From an uncultured Planctomycetales bacterium (GTDB lineage: Bacteria > Omnitrophota > Gorgyraeia > Zapsychrales > Fredricksoniimonadaceae): a stretch of 64,000 nt of DNA. The notes under the pieces were generated by a model that worked only from the letters and a program-made list of their open reading frames with translations, searched no databases and was not told where the DNA came from. Position numbers and translations under genes: made by a program. Positions 35,544 through 47,700 of this stretch are shown piece by piece (the stretch's first letter is position 1; every line of letters starts with the position of its first letter). Location: positions 78,790 through 142,789 of the forward strand of contig CAZFNI010000006.1 of the NCBI GenBank assembly GCA_964520655.1, read 5' to 3'.

Positions 35544-37274
35544 TTGAGGTGGTTTATGACTACTGCTCCTGCCCCACACACATCCAAACACCATATTCTT
35601 CGAGGGATCCCTATTGTCCACGGCTTTGCCATTGGGCATCTGGTTTGCTGCCATAATGCGTTAGCCCGTGAATATCAACAGCGCGTACTGTCTGAGGATG
35701 AGGTGGAGCATGAGATCAAGAGGATACGTGTCGCTGTCGATAAAGTCTGCGATGAGCTGGCGATGCTTAAATCCAAGGTCATCAGCCAGATCGATGCCAA
35801 ACACGCCGAGATCTTTGAGGCTCACCGTCAGATCGTGACCGATGTCGAGCTGTTCCAGGAGATGGAAAAACATTTACGGACGCGTCTGCTTAATGCCGAG
35901 CGCATCGTCCAGGATGTTTTCTTAGGGTGGGAGAATAAGTTACGGGCCTCCCAGAGCGTGATGATCCATGATAAGGCCGATGACATTGTCGATGTGGGGC
36001 GGCGTTTGCTTGAGATATTAAGCGGAGCTGTCTCTCAGGAAATGCCGGCAACGCTGCCGCCGGATTCTGTCTTGTATGCCAAATGCCTTTTGCCTTCTGA
36101 TGTGGTCAAGCTGGATGTGGATAACATTAACGCCATCATTACCCAGGAAGGCACGCAGAATTCCCATTCAGCTATCCTGGCCCGCGCGTTGGATATTCCC
36201 TTTGTCGCCAATATCAATCTTCGGAGTAAATTCATTGTCCCCGGGGCGCCGGTCGTTGTCGACGGTAAGAATGGGAAGATCATTATTGATCCCAAACCGG
36301 TAGAGGTGGAAGCTTACGCCCAGTTGATCCGTCAGCGCGATGAATACAGGGTCGATGTATTGCGATATATCAAAAACCTGCCGCTGACGATCAAGGGGGA
36401 TTTCATTAAGGTTCGGGCCAATGCCTCTTGCCTGGCGGACCTTAAGATGGCGAAAAAGTTTGGCGCGGACGGGATCGGGCTTTACCGGACAGAATTGTTC
36501 TATATGGAGCGCACAGATATCCCGACAGAGGAGGTATTTTACACCCAGCTTAGGACCGCATTAAAGCATGTCGCGCACGATGAGATCATCATGCGCCTGC
36601 TTGATATCGGGGGGGATAAAACACTCTCGTTTTGGAATGTTGATGAGGCGCCAAACCCTGCCTTGGGGCTTAACGGCATTCGGCTGCTTCTAAAATACCC
36701 GAAGCTGCTTCAGATGCAGCTGCGGGTATTTTTGCGATTAAGCGCGGAATTCAAGATCAAGGTACTGGTGCCAATGGTGTCTTTGCCTAAAGACATGGTG
36801 GAGGTCAGGCGGTATTTGCAGGAGGAAAAGGCAAAGCTCGATCATGAAGGAGGACTATACAATGAGCATTTGGAACTGGGGGCGATGATCGAGACCCCGG
36901 CGGCGGTATTGTCGATCGATGAGTTGATCGGTGTTTCAGATTTTTTTAATGTCGGGACCAATGATTTGGTGCAGTATATCATGGCGGCGGGACGGGGACG
37001 CGCGGATGTTGCGGACTACTACGAGGCCGGCAATCATTTGGTCCTGGATACGTTAAAGAACATTCTCCACACCTGCAGGGCTCACGGCCGGGAGTGCTGC
37101 GTGTGTGGAGAATTGGCGGGGGATTTAAATTACACCAAAGATCTGCTGGATATCGGCTTAAGGAATTTTAGCGTCCAGCCGGCGCTGATCCCGTATGTCA
37201 AAAGTAAGGTCCTGTCTTTGTCCGCCTGCGAAGCAGACCCTTCCGCAGCAAAGAAAGATAAAGTGATCGCCTGA
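35544..37274 (+). CDS. ptsI: Phosphoenolpyruvate--protein phosphotransferase (PTS enzyme I family)
   Basis: Phosphohistidine domain (GTQNSHSAILARALDIPFV) and a C-terminal PEP-utilising TIM barrel (ETPAA..., GTNDLVQY). 576 aa. No HPr or EII genes adjacent. Confidence 0.8.
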   Translation: MRWFMTTAPAPHTSKHHILRGIPIVHGFAIGHLVCCHNALAREYQQRVLSEDEVEHEIKRIRVAVDKVCDELAMLKSKVISQIDAKHAEIFEAHRQIVTDVELFQEMEKHLRTRLLNAERIVQDVFLGWENKLRASQSVMIHDKADDIVDVGRRLLEILSGAVSQEMPATLPPDSVLYAKCLLPSDVVKLDVDNINAIITQEGTQNSHSAILARALDIPFVANINLRSKFIVPGAPVVVDGKNGKIIIDPKPVEVEAYAQLIRQRDEYRVDVLRYIKNLPLTIKGDFIKVRANASCLADLKMAKKFGADGIGLYRTELFYMERTDIPTEEVFYTQLRTALKHVAHDEIIMRLLDIGGDKTLSFWNVDEAPNPALGLNGIRLLLKYPKLLQMQLRVFLRLSAEFKIKVLVPMVSLPKDMVEVRRYLQEEKAKLDHEGGLYNEHLELGAMIETPAAVLSIDELIGVSDFFNVGTNDLVQYIMAAGRGRADVADYYEAGNHLVLDTLKNILHTCRAHGRECCVCGELAGDLNYTKDLLDIGLRNFSVQPALIPYVKSKVLSLSACEADPSAAKKDKVIA

Positions 37275-37316
37275 TTCCTGCTATAATATCTTTCCATTCA
37301 TTGTTAAGGGGCATAT

Positions 37317-37496
37317 ATGTGGGACTGTAAACATAGAAATACCAAAGACGATTCCTGCCGCCGGAGAAAGGCCAAATGTTATCCAGGCGGGGTGGCGTGC
37401 GTATTAAAAGACAAGTTTGAATTCCCGCTGCGCAAAGAAGATGACCCCTTGCTTAAACGCAAAAAGAGCAAATCTTCAAGTTCCAAGACCCGTTGA
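37317..37496 (+). CDS. Possible small basic Cys-containing protein (59 aa). Below the ORF-track length cutoff.
   Basis: ATG preceded by AAGGGG 6-7 nt upstream. MWDCKHRNTKDDSCRRRKAKCYPGGVAC... has four Cys in 28 residues and a Lys/Ser-rich tail. No homology could be judged. Confidence 0.3.
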   Translation: MWDCKHRNTKDDSCRRRKAKCYPGGVACVLKDKFEFPLRKEDDPLLKRKKSKSSSSKTR

Positions 37497-37556
37497 CCAT
37501 ATTGATTGACGATGTCAGGTTCGGATGTTAAGATAACCCCTTATTTGCTCATTTTT

Positions 37557-40179
<2,623 letters not shown>

Positions 40180-40196
<17 letters not shown>

Positions 40197-41070
40197 GGAA
40201 TTTATCACATACATCAGTGTTGAGCGCGGACTGGCGAAAAATACGCTGCTGGCATACCGCCGGGACCTGAATAAATATGCCACGGTTCTCCATAAAGCGG
40301 GGGTTGCATTGCCTGAAGGTATTAGGCGGGAGCATATCAGCGGGTACATGTTCGCATTGAAAAAAGAAGGATTAACGACGGCCAGTATTTGTCGGAATCT
40401 GGCGGCGATCAAGATGTTCCATCGTTTTTTGGTTCGGGAGAATTTATCCAAGGAAGACCCGACAACTCTGGTGGAAACACCCCGGCAGTGGAAAAAGGTG
40501 CCGGAGGTGCTGACGCAAAGGGAAGTGGATGCGCTGTTGCTTGTCATTGCCAATGCCCAGGGGCCCCAGGCCAAGCGTGATCTGGCCATTATGGAATTGC
40601 TTTACGCGTCGGGGTTGAGAGTTTCTGAGATCGTGGACCTAAAGATCGGAAGCGTTGAGCCCCAGGTTGGATTTGTCCGGGCGGTCGGCAAAGGCAGTAA
40701 AGAACGCATTATTCCTGTCGGCGCGAAAGCTCTGGAGACTCTGATGGTATATTTACAGAAAGCCCGGCCGAAATTGGTCAAAGGCAAAGAAAGTGATGCC
40801 TTATTCGTCAGCCGATTGGGCAAGAAGTTAAGCCGGGTCAGCGTCTGGAATATGATCAAATCATACGCAAGGCTTTGCGGGATCAAAAAGAACATTAAAC
40901 CCCACACGCTGCGTCATACATTCGCGACGCATCTGCTGGAGCACGGGGCGGATCTGCGCAGCGTCCAGGAAATGCTGGGGCATGCGGATATATCGACGAC
41001 CCAGATCTATACCCATGTGGATAAAGAACGTTTAAAGAGCGTGCATAAGGAATTTCATCCCAGGTCATGA
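40180..41070 (+). CDS. xerD: Tyrosine recombinase XerD/XerC family
   Basis: N-terminal SAM-like domain (FITYISVERGLAKNTLLAYRRDL). Catalytic R..H..R..Y region (HTLRHTFATHLLEHGADLRSVQEMLGHADISTTQIYTH). Confidence 0.85.
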
Positions 41071-41774
41071 AGAACATATTGTCTCATATCGATGATGATT
41101 CTCTCGAGCTGCTGCGCGCCGCAGGGACGATCGCGCAGGAAAAGCGGATGGGGGCGTATTTAGTCGGCGGGCCGGTCAGGGATATTCTGCTTAAAGCTCC
41201 TCTGGTTGATATCGATATCGTTGTGGAAGGTAAAGGCATGGAAGTCGCCCGATCGTTTGCGGTCGCGTTTGGAGGTAAGGTCGTTGTCTATCCGGCGTTT
41301 AAGACAGCCACGGTGACATTGCCCGGCGGACGTCAGGTCGATTTTGCCACGTGCCGCAAAGAGCGCTATGTGCGTCCGGGCGCTTTCCCCAAAGTTGCTC
41401 CGGCAAAGATCGAGGAAGATCTGAAAAGGCGTGACTTTACTGTCAATGCTGTCGCGGTCGCTGTCGATCCGGCACATTGGGGGACCATGATCGATCCTTT
41501 TGGCGGGGTCAAGGACATCGGATCCAAAAAGATCCGCGTGCTGCATGAAAAAAGTTTTATCGATGATCCCACGCGGATGCTGCGAGCAGTTCGTTTTAAA
41601 GAACGTTTTGGTTTTGAGATGGAAAAGAAAACAATGCGGCTGCTTAAAGAAGCGGTTGCCGGCGGTGCGATCAAGACCATCACAGCACAACGTTATAAAA
41701 AAGAGCATGATAAGATCTTAAAAGAACCCAGGTCTTTGGCGATGTTAGCGTGTTTGAGAACCTGGGGCATTTAA
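41067..41774 (+). CDS. CCA-adding-enzyme / poly(A) polymerase family nucleotidyltransferase. Unusually short: head and neck domains only.
   Basis: GGPVRD...DIDIVV catalytic head and RRDFTVNA motif. Only 235 aa, against >=380 aa for typical bacterial CCA enzymes. Stops in all frames follow, before rbfA. Confidence 0.6.
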   Translation: MKNILSHIDDDSLELLRAAGTIAQEKRMGAYLVGGPVRDILLKAPLVDIDIVVEGKGMEVARSFAVAFGGKVVVYPAFKTATVTLPGGRQVDFATCRKERYVRPGAFPKVAPAKIEEDLKRRDFTVNAVAVAVDPAHWGTMIDPFGGVKDIGSKKIRVLHEKSFIDDPTRMLRAVRFKERFGFEMEKKTMRLLKEAVAGGAIKTITAQRYKKEHDKILKEPRSLAMLACLRTWGI

Positions 41775-41791
41775 TCAATAAGGATGGGATT

Positions 41792-42154
41792 ATGTCACGC
41801 ATAGAAAAAGTCAATGAAATGATCAAGCGGGAGATCGGCGAGTTGTTGCTTTTCGGGGAGGTCCGCGACCCCAGGATCAAATTTGTTACCATCCTTAATG
41901 CGGATGTCAGTAAAGACCTTCAGCATGCACGGGTGCGTTTCAGCATATTGTCGGATGACAAGAAAGTGATCGAGGAAACGACAAAGGCGCTTAACCACAT
42001 GAGCGGTTATATCCGCAAGCTCATCGGATCCAAGATCGACCTACGCTATACGCCGCAGATCCAGTTCATTTATGACAAAGGGGTCGCGCATGCGGCCTTG
42101 ATCGACTCAAAGATCGAGGAGATCAAAAAGCTTAAGGAGCAGGAACATGGATGA
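41792..42154 (+). CDS. rbfA: Ribosome-binding factor A
   Basis: SRIEKVNEMIKREIGELL...RDPRI N-terminus typical of RbfA. AGGATGGG RBS. The alternative upstream start at 41750 overlaps the previous gene. Confidence 0.88.
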   Translation: MSRIEKVNEMIKREIGELLLFGEVRDPRIKFVTILNADVSKDLQHARVRFSILSDDKKVIEETTKALNHMSGYIRKLIGSKIDLRYTPQIQFIYDKGVAHAALIDSKIEEIKKLKEQEHG

Positions 42155-43109
42155 GCGTAAAGCGATCCTGGAGGTGATCAAGCGCCATAAGCATTTTTTG
42201 GTGACCACGCATCACAATCCCGACGCGGATGCCGCGGCTTCGGCATTGTGTGTGGCTATGATGCTCAAGGCCATGGGAAAAACCGTGCGGGTGGTCAATG
42301 AGGATGATCTGCCTGGCTGGTTGGAATTCTTGCCCCAGGCTAAATTGTTCAAGAAGGCATCCAAGGTCAAAGCCTTCGATTATGATGCGGCCATCATGCT
42401 CGACTGCGGGGACTTTGAACGCATCGGCGGGGTGAAGAATTTATTGATCGCTGGTAAGCCGATCATCAACATCGATCACCATCAGACCAATACACGGTTT
42501 GGATCTCTCAACTGGGTAGTCCCGAAAGCTTCATCGACGTGTGAAATGCTCTATGATCTTTTAGTGGCCTCTAAGTTAGGGTTTAACAGGCAGCTGGCCA
42601 CACTGCTCTATGCGGGGATCATGACGGATACGGGCTCATTTAAGTATGATAATGTCACTCCCAAGGTCCATGCCATCGTATCTGACCTGATGCGCTTTAA
42701 CATCAATGCCCAGGAGATGCACGAGAAGCTCTATGTGGGGATGCCGGTTGCGGACATGAGATTATTCGCGAAAGTGATCCATGATGCCGAGCTTTTTTGC
42801 CAGAACAAGGTTTTTTGCGTGAGTTTGTCCTTTGCTTCATCGCAAACTTTTTCTAAGTCGTTTGACCTTAAAGAAAAGCTATTCGGGTTCTTAAGATCGG
42901 TCGAAGGGGTCGAGGTGGTGGTGATCTTAACGCAGATCAACGCCCAGGAAGTGCGTATAAATTTCCGCAGTCAGGGGCAGGTCAATGTGGCCAAATTAGC
43001 ACAACGTTTTCATGGCGGAGGTCATCCCAGGGCAGCGGGCGGGAAAATGACCGGGACGCTCGATCACGTGAAAAAACTGGTATTAACCGCGATCAAAAAG
43101 GTCTTATGA
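42147..43109 (+). CDS. nrnA: DHH-family phosphoesterase NrnA (oligoribonuclease / pAp phosphatase)
   Basis: DHH motifs (HHNPDADAAAS, DCGD, IDHH) and a DHHA1 GGGH motif (HGGGHPRAAGG). Confidence 0.82.
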   Translation: MDERKAILEVIKRHKHFLVTTHHNPDADAAASALCVAMMLKAMGKTVRVVNEDDLPGWLEFLPQAKLFKKASKVKAFDYDAAIMLDCGDFERIGGVKNLLIAGKPIINIDHHQTNTRFGSLNWVVPKASSTCEMLYDLLVASKLGFNRQLATLLYAGIMTDTGSFKYDNVTPKVHAIVSDLMRFNINAQEMHEKLYVGMPVADMRLFAKVIHDAELFCQNKVFCVSLSFASSQTFSKSFDLKEKLFGFLRSVEGVEVVVILTQINAQEVRINFRSQGQVNVAKLAQRFHGGGHPRAAGGKMTGTLDHVKKLVLTAIKKVL

Positions 43110-43786
43110 GAACATTAACGGAAAAGCAGGGTGTATTGATCATCAATAAACCAGCGGGCAAAACCTCGCATGATGTGGTGGCCATGGTGCGCCGTATCTT
43201 AGGCCAGCGCCGCGTTGGTCACGCGGGGACACTGGATCCTTTAGCAACGGGTGTGCTGGTCGTTCTGGCGGGAAAGTCGACCAAGATGTTCGATAAATTC
43301 GTGGCCTATGATAAGGGTTACCGTGCGACACTAAAGCTGGGGCTTAAAACAACGTCGGCGGATACGATGGGAGAAACGATCGAACAGAAGTCGTTCGCTC
43401 ATGTGACAAGGATGGATGTGGAAAAAGCTTTTGCTAAATTCACTGGAGAGATCGAGCAATTGCCGCCCATGGTCTCGGCGGTGCGCCATAAAGGCGAACG
43501 GTTATATAAGATCGCCAGGACCGGTCAGCAGGTGGAGCGTACTGTGCGCAATGTGCGCATCGACGAGTTGACCATCTTGCGTTTTGAGCCCCCTGAGGTG
43601 GAATTCTACATGGCTTGTTCGAAAGGTACCTATGTTCGTCAGTTGGCAGACGATGTGGGTGACCTGTTAGGCTGCGGCGCATGCATATGCCAGATCGAGC
43701 GTACCAAGGTTGGTCCATTTGAGATCACCCAGGCGAAGAATATTGAGGATGTCAATGAAAGTCATCTTATTGACTTCAAAGGTTAA
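43106..43786 (+). CDS. truB: tRNA pseudouridine(55) synthase TruB
   Basis: GHAGTLDPLATGVL catalytic Asp motif. Conserved rbfA-(nrnA)-truB-ribF neighbourhood. Confidence 0.9.
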   Translation: MRTLTEKQGVLIINKPAGKTSHDVVAMVRRILGQRRVGHAGTLDPLATGVLVVLAGKSTKMFDKFVAYDKGYRATLKLGLKTTSADTMGETIEQKSFAHVTRMDVEKAFAKFTGEIEQLPPMVSAVRHKGERLYKIARTGQQVERTVRNVRIDELTILRFEPPEVEFYMACSKGTYVRQLADDVGDLLGCGACICQIERTKVGPFEITQAKNIEDVNESHLIDFKG

Positions 43787-44699
43787 ATTAAAGGATACCG
43801 CGGCGGCTATAGGTATTTTTGACGGGGTGCACCGGGGGCATCGTTATTTGCTCGGAAAAATGCTGGCTAAGGCCAGAACCCACCGTTATACGTCCGCGGT
43901 CATCACATTTTTCCCGCACCCTGCCCATGTCCTGCGTCCCGACCTGCAGCTGAAATATTTAACCACTATGGCTCAGCGTATGTGTTTGCTTGAGGAGCTT
44001 GGGGTGGACATTTGTCTGGTTGTTCGTTTTACAAAGACTTTTGCGCATGTGAAACCGGAGTCTTTCATTAAGAATGTCCTGGTCCGTCAGCTGGGCGTCA
44101 AAGAGTTATTTGTCGGCGATGATTTTCGTTTCGGCCGGGAACGCGCCGGTGATGTGGGGTTATTTCGATCGCTGTCTAAAGAATGTGGTTACAGTATGCA
44201 TGGGGTCAAGGCATTAAAAAATGGGGGGAAGCCAGTGAGCAGTACCCGCATTCGGCGGATGGTCGTGCAAGGTGATCTCTTAAGTGCAAAAAAATTATTG
44301 GGCCGGGACTTTAGCTGCGAAGGTAAGGTTGTTAAAGGCGACGGCCGCGGCAAGACCCTTGGTTTTCCGACAGCCAATATTGATTATCAGAACGGGATCA
44401 TGCCTCCCAACGGGGTTTATGCGGTTGTTGTTGCACATAAACGTAAATTCTACAAAGGCGTGGCCAATTTGGGGTTTCGTCCTTCTTTTGAAACAGCATC
44501 TCCAAAACCGCTTTTGGAAGTGCATTGCTTTGACCTGCATCAAGATATCTACGGGGATTTGATCGAAGTTTCTTTTATCAGGAAGATCCGAGACGAGCGC
44601 TCTTTCCCCTCAGTAGAAATGCTCACCCAACAGATCAACAGGGATGCCGTCAAGGCGCGTGGCATTCTACGATCCCATAGGGTATACTTGTCCCGGTAG
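43755..44699 (+). CDS. ribF: Bifunctional riboflavin kinase / FMN adenylyltransferase
   Basis: N-terminal FAD synthetase motifs (GIFDGVHRGH). C-terminal riboflavin kinase (GRGKTLGFPTANI...E). Confidence 0.9.
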   Translation: MKVILLTSKVKLKDTAAAIGIFDGVHRGHRYLLGKMLAKARTHRYTSAVITFFPHPAHVLRPDLQLKYLTTMAQRMCLLEELGVDICLVVRFTKTFAHVKPESFIKNVLVRQLGVKELFVGDDFRFGRERAGDVGLFRSLSKECGYSMHGVKALKNGGKPVSSTRIRRMVVQGDLLSAKKLLGRDFSCEGKVVKGDGRGKTLGFPTANIDYQNGIMPPNGVYAVVVAHKRKFYKGVANLGFRPSFETASPKPLLEVHCFDLHQDIYGDLIEVSFIRKIRDERSFPSVEMLTQQINRDAVKARGILRSHRVYLSR

Positions 44700-44724
44700 T
44701 ATATATACTACCTTTCGGGAAAAT

Positions 44725-47700
44725 ATGATGTTATTGCGGCCCATTATCCATTTTAGCGTTATTCTTTCTTTGCTCGTCACATCCGTGATGCCTTTGTCCA
44801 GGGCATCGGCGGCGCCTTTGTCTGATCTTCCTAAAGCCGGCACAATGGTTGCTTTAAGTCAAGCCTATCAACCTGCGATCATCCGGGGCATCACCGTCCA
44901 TCCAGATGATCCGTTTATCTTCGATTTTATTGTGGATGCCGGGCAGGACAAGCTGCAGGGCGAGGCATTGAATATGGAAGGGGATAAGCTGGTCAAATAT
45001 TTCCTGGCGGCCCTTGCGGTGCCAGAGAAGGAATTGTGGGTCAACTTAAGTCCTTATGAACAAGAACGCGTTATTCCTGAAGGGTTGGGGCAAACCGATA
45101 TGGGACGCGATCTTTTGGCGCAGGATTATATTTTAAAGCAATTGACCGCATCATTGATCTATCCGGAAAAGGAACTGGGCAAGAATTTCTGGGACAAGGT
45201 TTACAGTCAGATGCAAGCTAAATACGGCAAGAGCGTCAATGTTCCGGTAAATACTTTTAATAAAGTCTGGATCATGGCGGATCAGGCTGAGGTGTTTGAG
45301 CGTGCTCAGACGGCCATGGTGACCAAGAGTCACTTGAAGGTCATGCTGGAGGAGGATTATTTAGCGATGAATAGAAATGCGGCGGGTGGCGCTGAAGTTG
45401 GTGCTTTTGCCCGCAGCGACAGGGGGTCAATGGCTTTATTCCCAGCTACCCCACGGGGGGATGGGTGGCGCGAGGACAAAAGCACCAATTCAGCGACAGG
45501 ACCCGCTCTTGCTAGCCAGGTCATAAAGGAAATCATCCTTCCTGAACTCGAACGTGAAGTGAACACGGGAAAGAATTTCGCGCCGCTGCGTCAGATATTT
45601 CATTCCATCATCCTGGCTGGTTGGTACAAGAATAATTTGAAGGAGGCGTTGCTCAATCAGGTCTATTCAGATCAGAACAAAGTGCGCGGTATTGATCTTG
45701 ATGATAAAACAGTCAAACAGCAAATTTATGAACAATATTTGAAGGCGTATAAAAAAGGCGTGTTCAATTTTATCAAGGATGACATGGTCGAGGGACGCAT
45801 GGTTCCCCGGAAATATTTCTCCGGCGGGGTCGATGCCGCGATGGCCCTTCATCCCAAAAGAACAACGGACAGTGCCATGCTCATCACCGGCCTTGCTGGT
45901 GCTTTGCTTCAGGCGATCACGGTTAGATTAAAAAGGAATGATGTGAAGAAAGAGAAAAAGACCGCCCCTAGCGAACAATTCCGAGTGATCATCAGCAAGT
46001 TGATCAACAATATACAGGGTCCGGATAAGTGGGTCATGCGTCCTTTGTATAACCGTTGGGAAGTAGGGGTGACAGTTGAGGGCTGGCCAAGAACCGTTGA
46101 TGGAAAGAGTACGGCCAGTGCCGAGGACTCCAGGATGCTGTTGGATATTTCTCGGGAGTTTCAACAGGTTTTTCCTGATGCTGTATTTGCTGTGGGGGCA
46201 CAGAATTGGAATCTGCGGATCGTTTATATCGTTAAGACAGAGGCAGAAGCTTTTAGGGTGAAAAACATGCTTAACAGTTCTTCAGTCACTTCAGATATGG
46301 TCCAGTTGCTGGAGAGCTATCTGAAAGAAGGAAAAGCGGCTCCTAGGTCTGGCGAGGCCGCAAAGGAACGTAAGTCCGACGCCGCGATGCAAAGCCTCCC
46401 CAAGGAATATGTGCTTAGGGTGAAGCGTTTGGAGAAATATGAAGCACATACGACCTCTCAGGCGATGATTGATCAATTAATGCGGGATAAGGAACGTCTG
46501 GAATCTACAGAGAAATATATGACAGGACAAATGGAAAGAGGATTTGCTTACGATTTTCAAAAGAAGGAAGCCCAAGCCCGTCTAGAGAGGGTGCAGAAGG
46601 ATTTGATCATTATAAAAAAAGCGTTAGAGGTGTGGGAAGAAATACGACTTGCCCAGATCCCTCATTTAAGCCGCAGGGATATAGTGAATGCTTTTGTTAG
46701 GGATTTTGGTTTGGATTATGGCGTTGGAGGAGAAGAGGAGGCTTATGACTATTCGTTAAAAAGGGATGAATCGATCCTGCCTTTTCTAAAGTTCCTAAAG
46801 AGTAAACAAGGTGCGAATATTCCTTTGGTGGTCATCAATCAACCCGACGGCCAAATTGTGGACCCGGGCATTCAAGAAATGATGGGTTTTGGGATCGATG
46901 CGAAAGAAGCATTAAGGATCTTAGCTGTTTATCTTGATCCGCGCGCTGCCTCTGTTGTGGAGGCCGTATTGAACATGACCATTGAATTGTCAGGGGCATT
47001 AAGCGAAAAGGGTATCCATGCTGCGGATGAGATAGCAATTTATATCATCAATCAAATGGGGTTAGACGGCGGAGACGCTATTACAGATAGTGCCATGCTG
47101 GGAGAGCTTATCCGTGATTATTATCCTTTGCCGAGAAGCACACTTCATCCTCTAAAGATGATGGATCAGCTAAAAGCACGATTAAACAGCCGGACAGACC
47201 GCGAGTGGGTCGCGGTTTCTGACAGCGAAGACGTGCTGCGCCGCGTGCGTTGGGACGTGCATTTTTCTTTAGATGGTCAGGATCATACATTGAATGGTTT
47301 TCTGGCAACGCTTGGACTGCCAAGTGAATTCCATCAAAATCTTGAGCGCGACGGAGGTGCGTCGGTGATCATCTATGATGTAAATACACGCGCCTTGACC
47401 GGTCGCGTTCACCGCGCTTTGACCGCGTTGGCCAGGGAATTAAGAGCTGACCAAAAATTCAACCACCGTTATAGCATTAAGTTGACGCCCAATAAGGATC
47501 AACAGTACTTCCCGGGAACGCTGCATACAGCTAGAATCGCTTTTTCCGTCAGGGAGAATGAACCCAGGGCTGAAAAGTATTATGATTCAACGAACTGGAT
47601 GGTGCGGCTGCGGGCATTGTCGACAAATGAATTACAGGGGTTGCTGGCTCAGGAAGAGCGTATTGTTCGAGAAGTCAAGAATGGGGTCAGTGATTCCGCG

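Noticed and set aside
44725-44830. Classifying the giant protein as a secreted adhesin on the basis of its N-terminal signal-like peptide
   Set aside because: Internal REC-like and HTH-like segments argue for a cytoplasmic location. The N-terminus may be a membrane anchor, and the topology cannot be settled without prediction tools.
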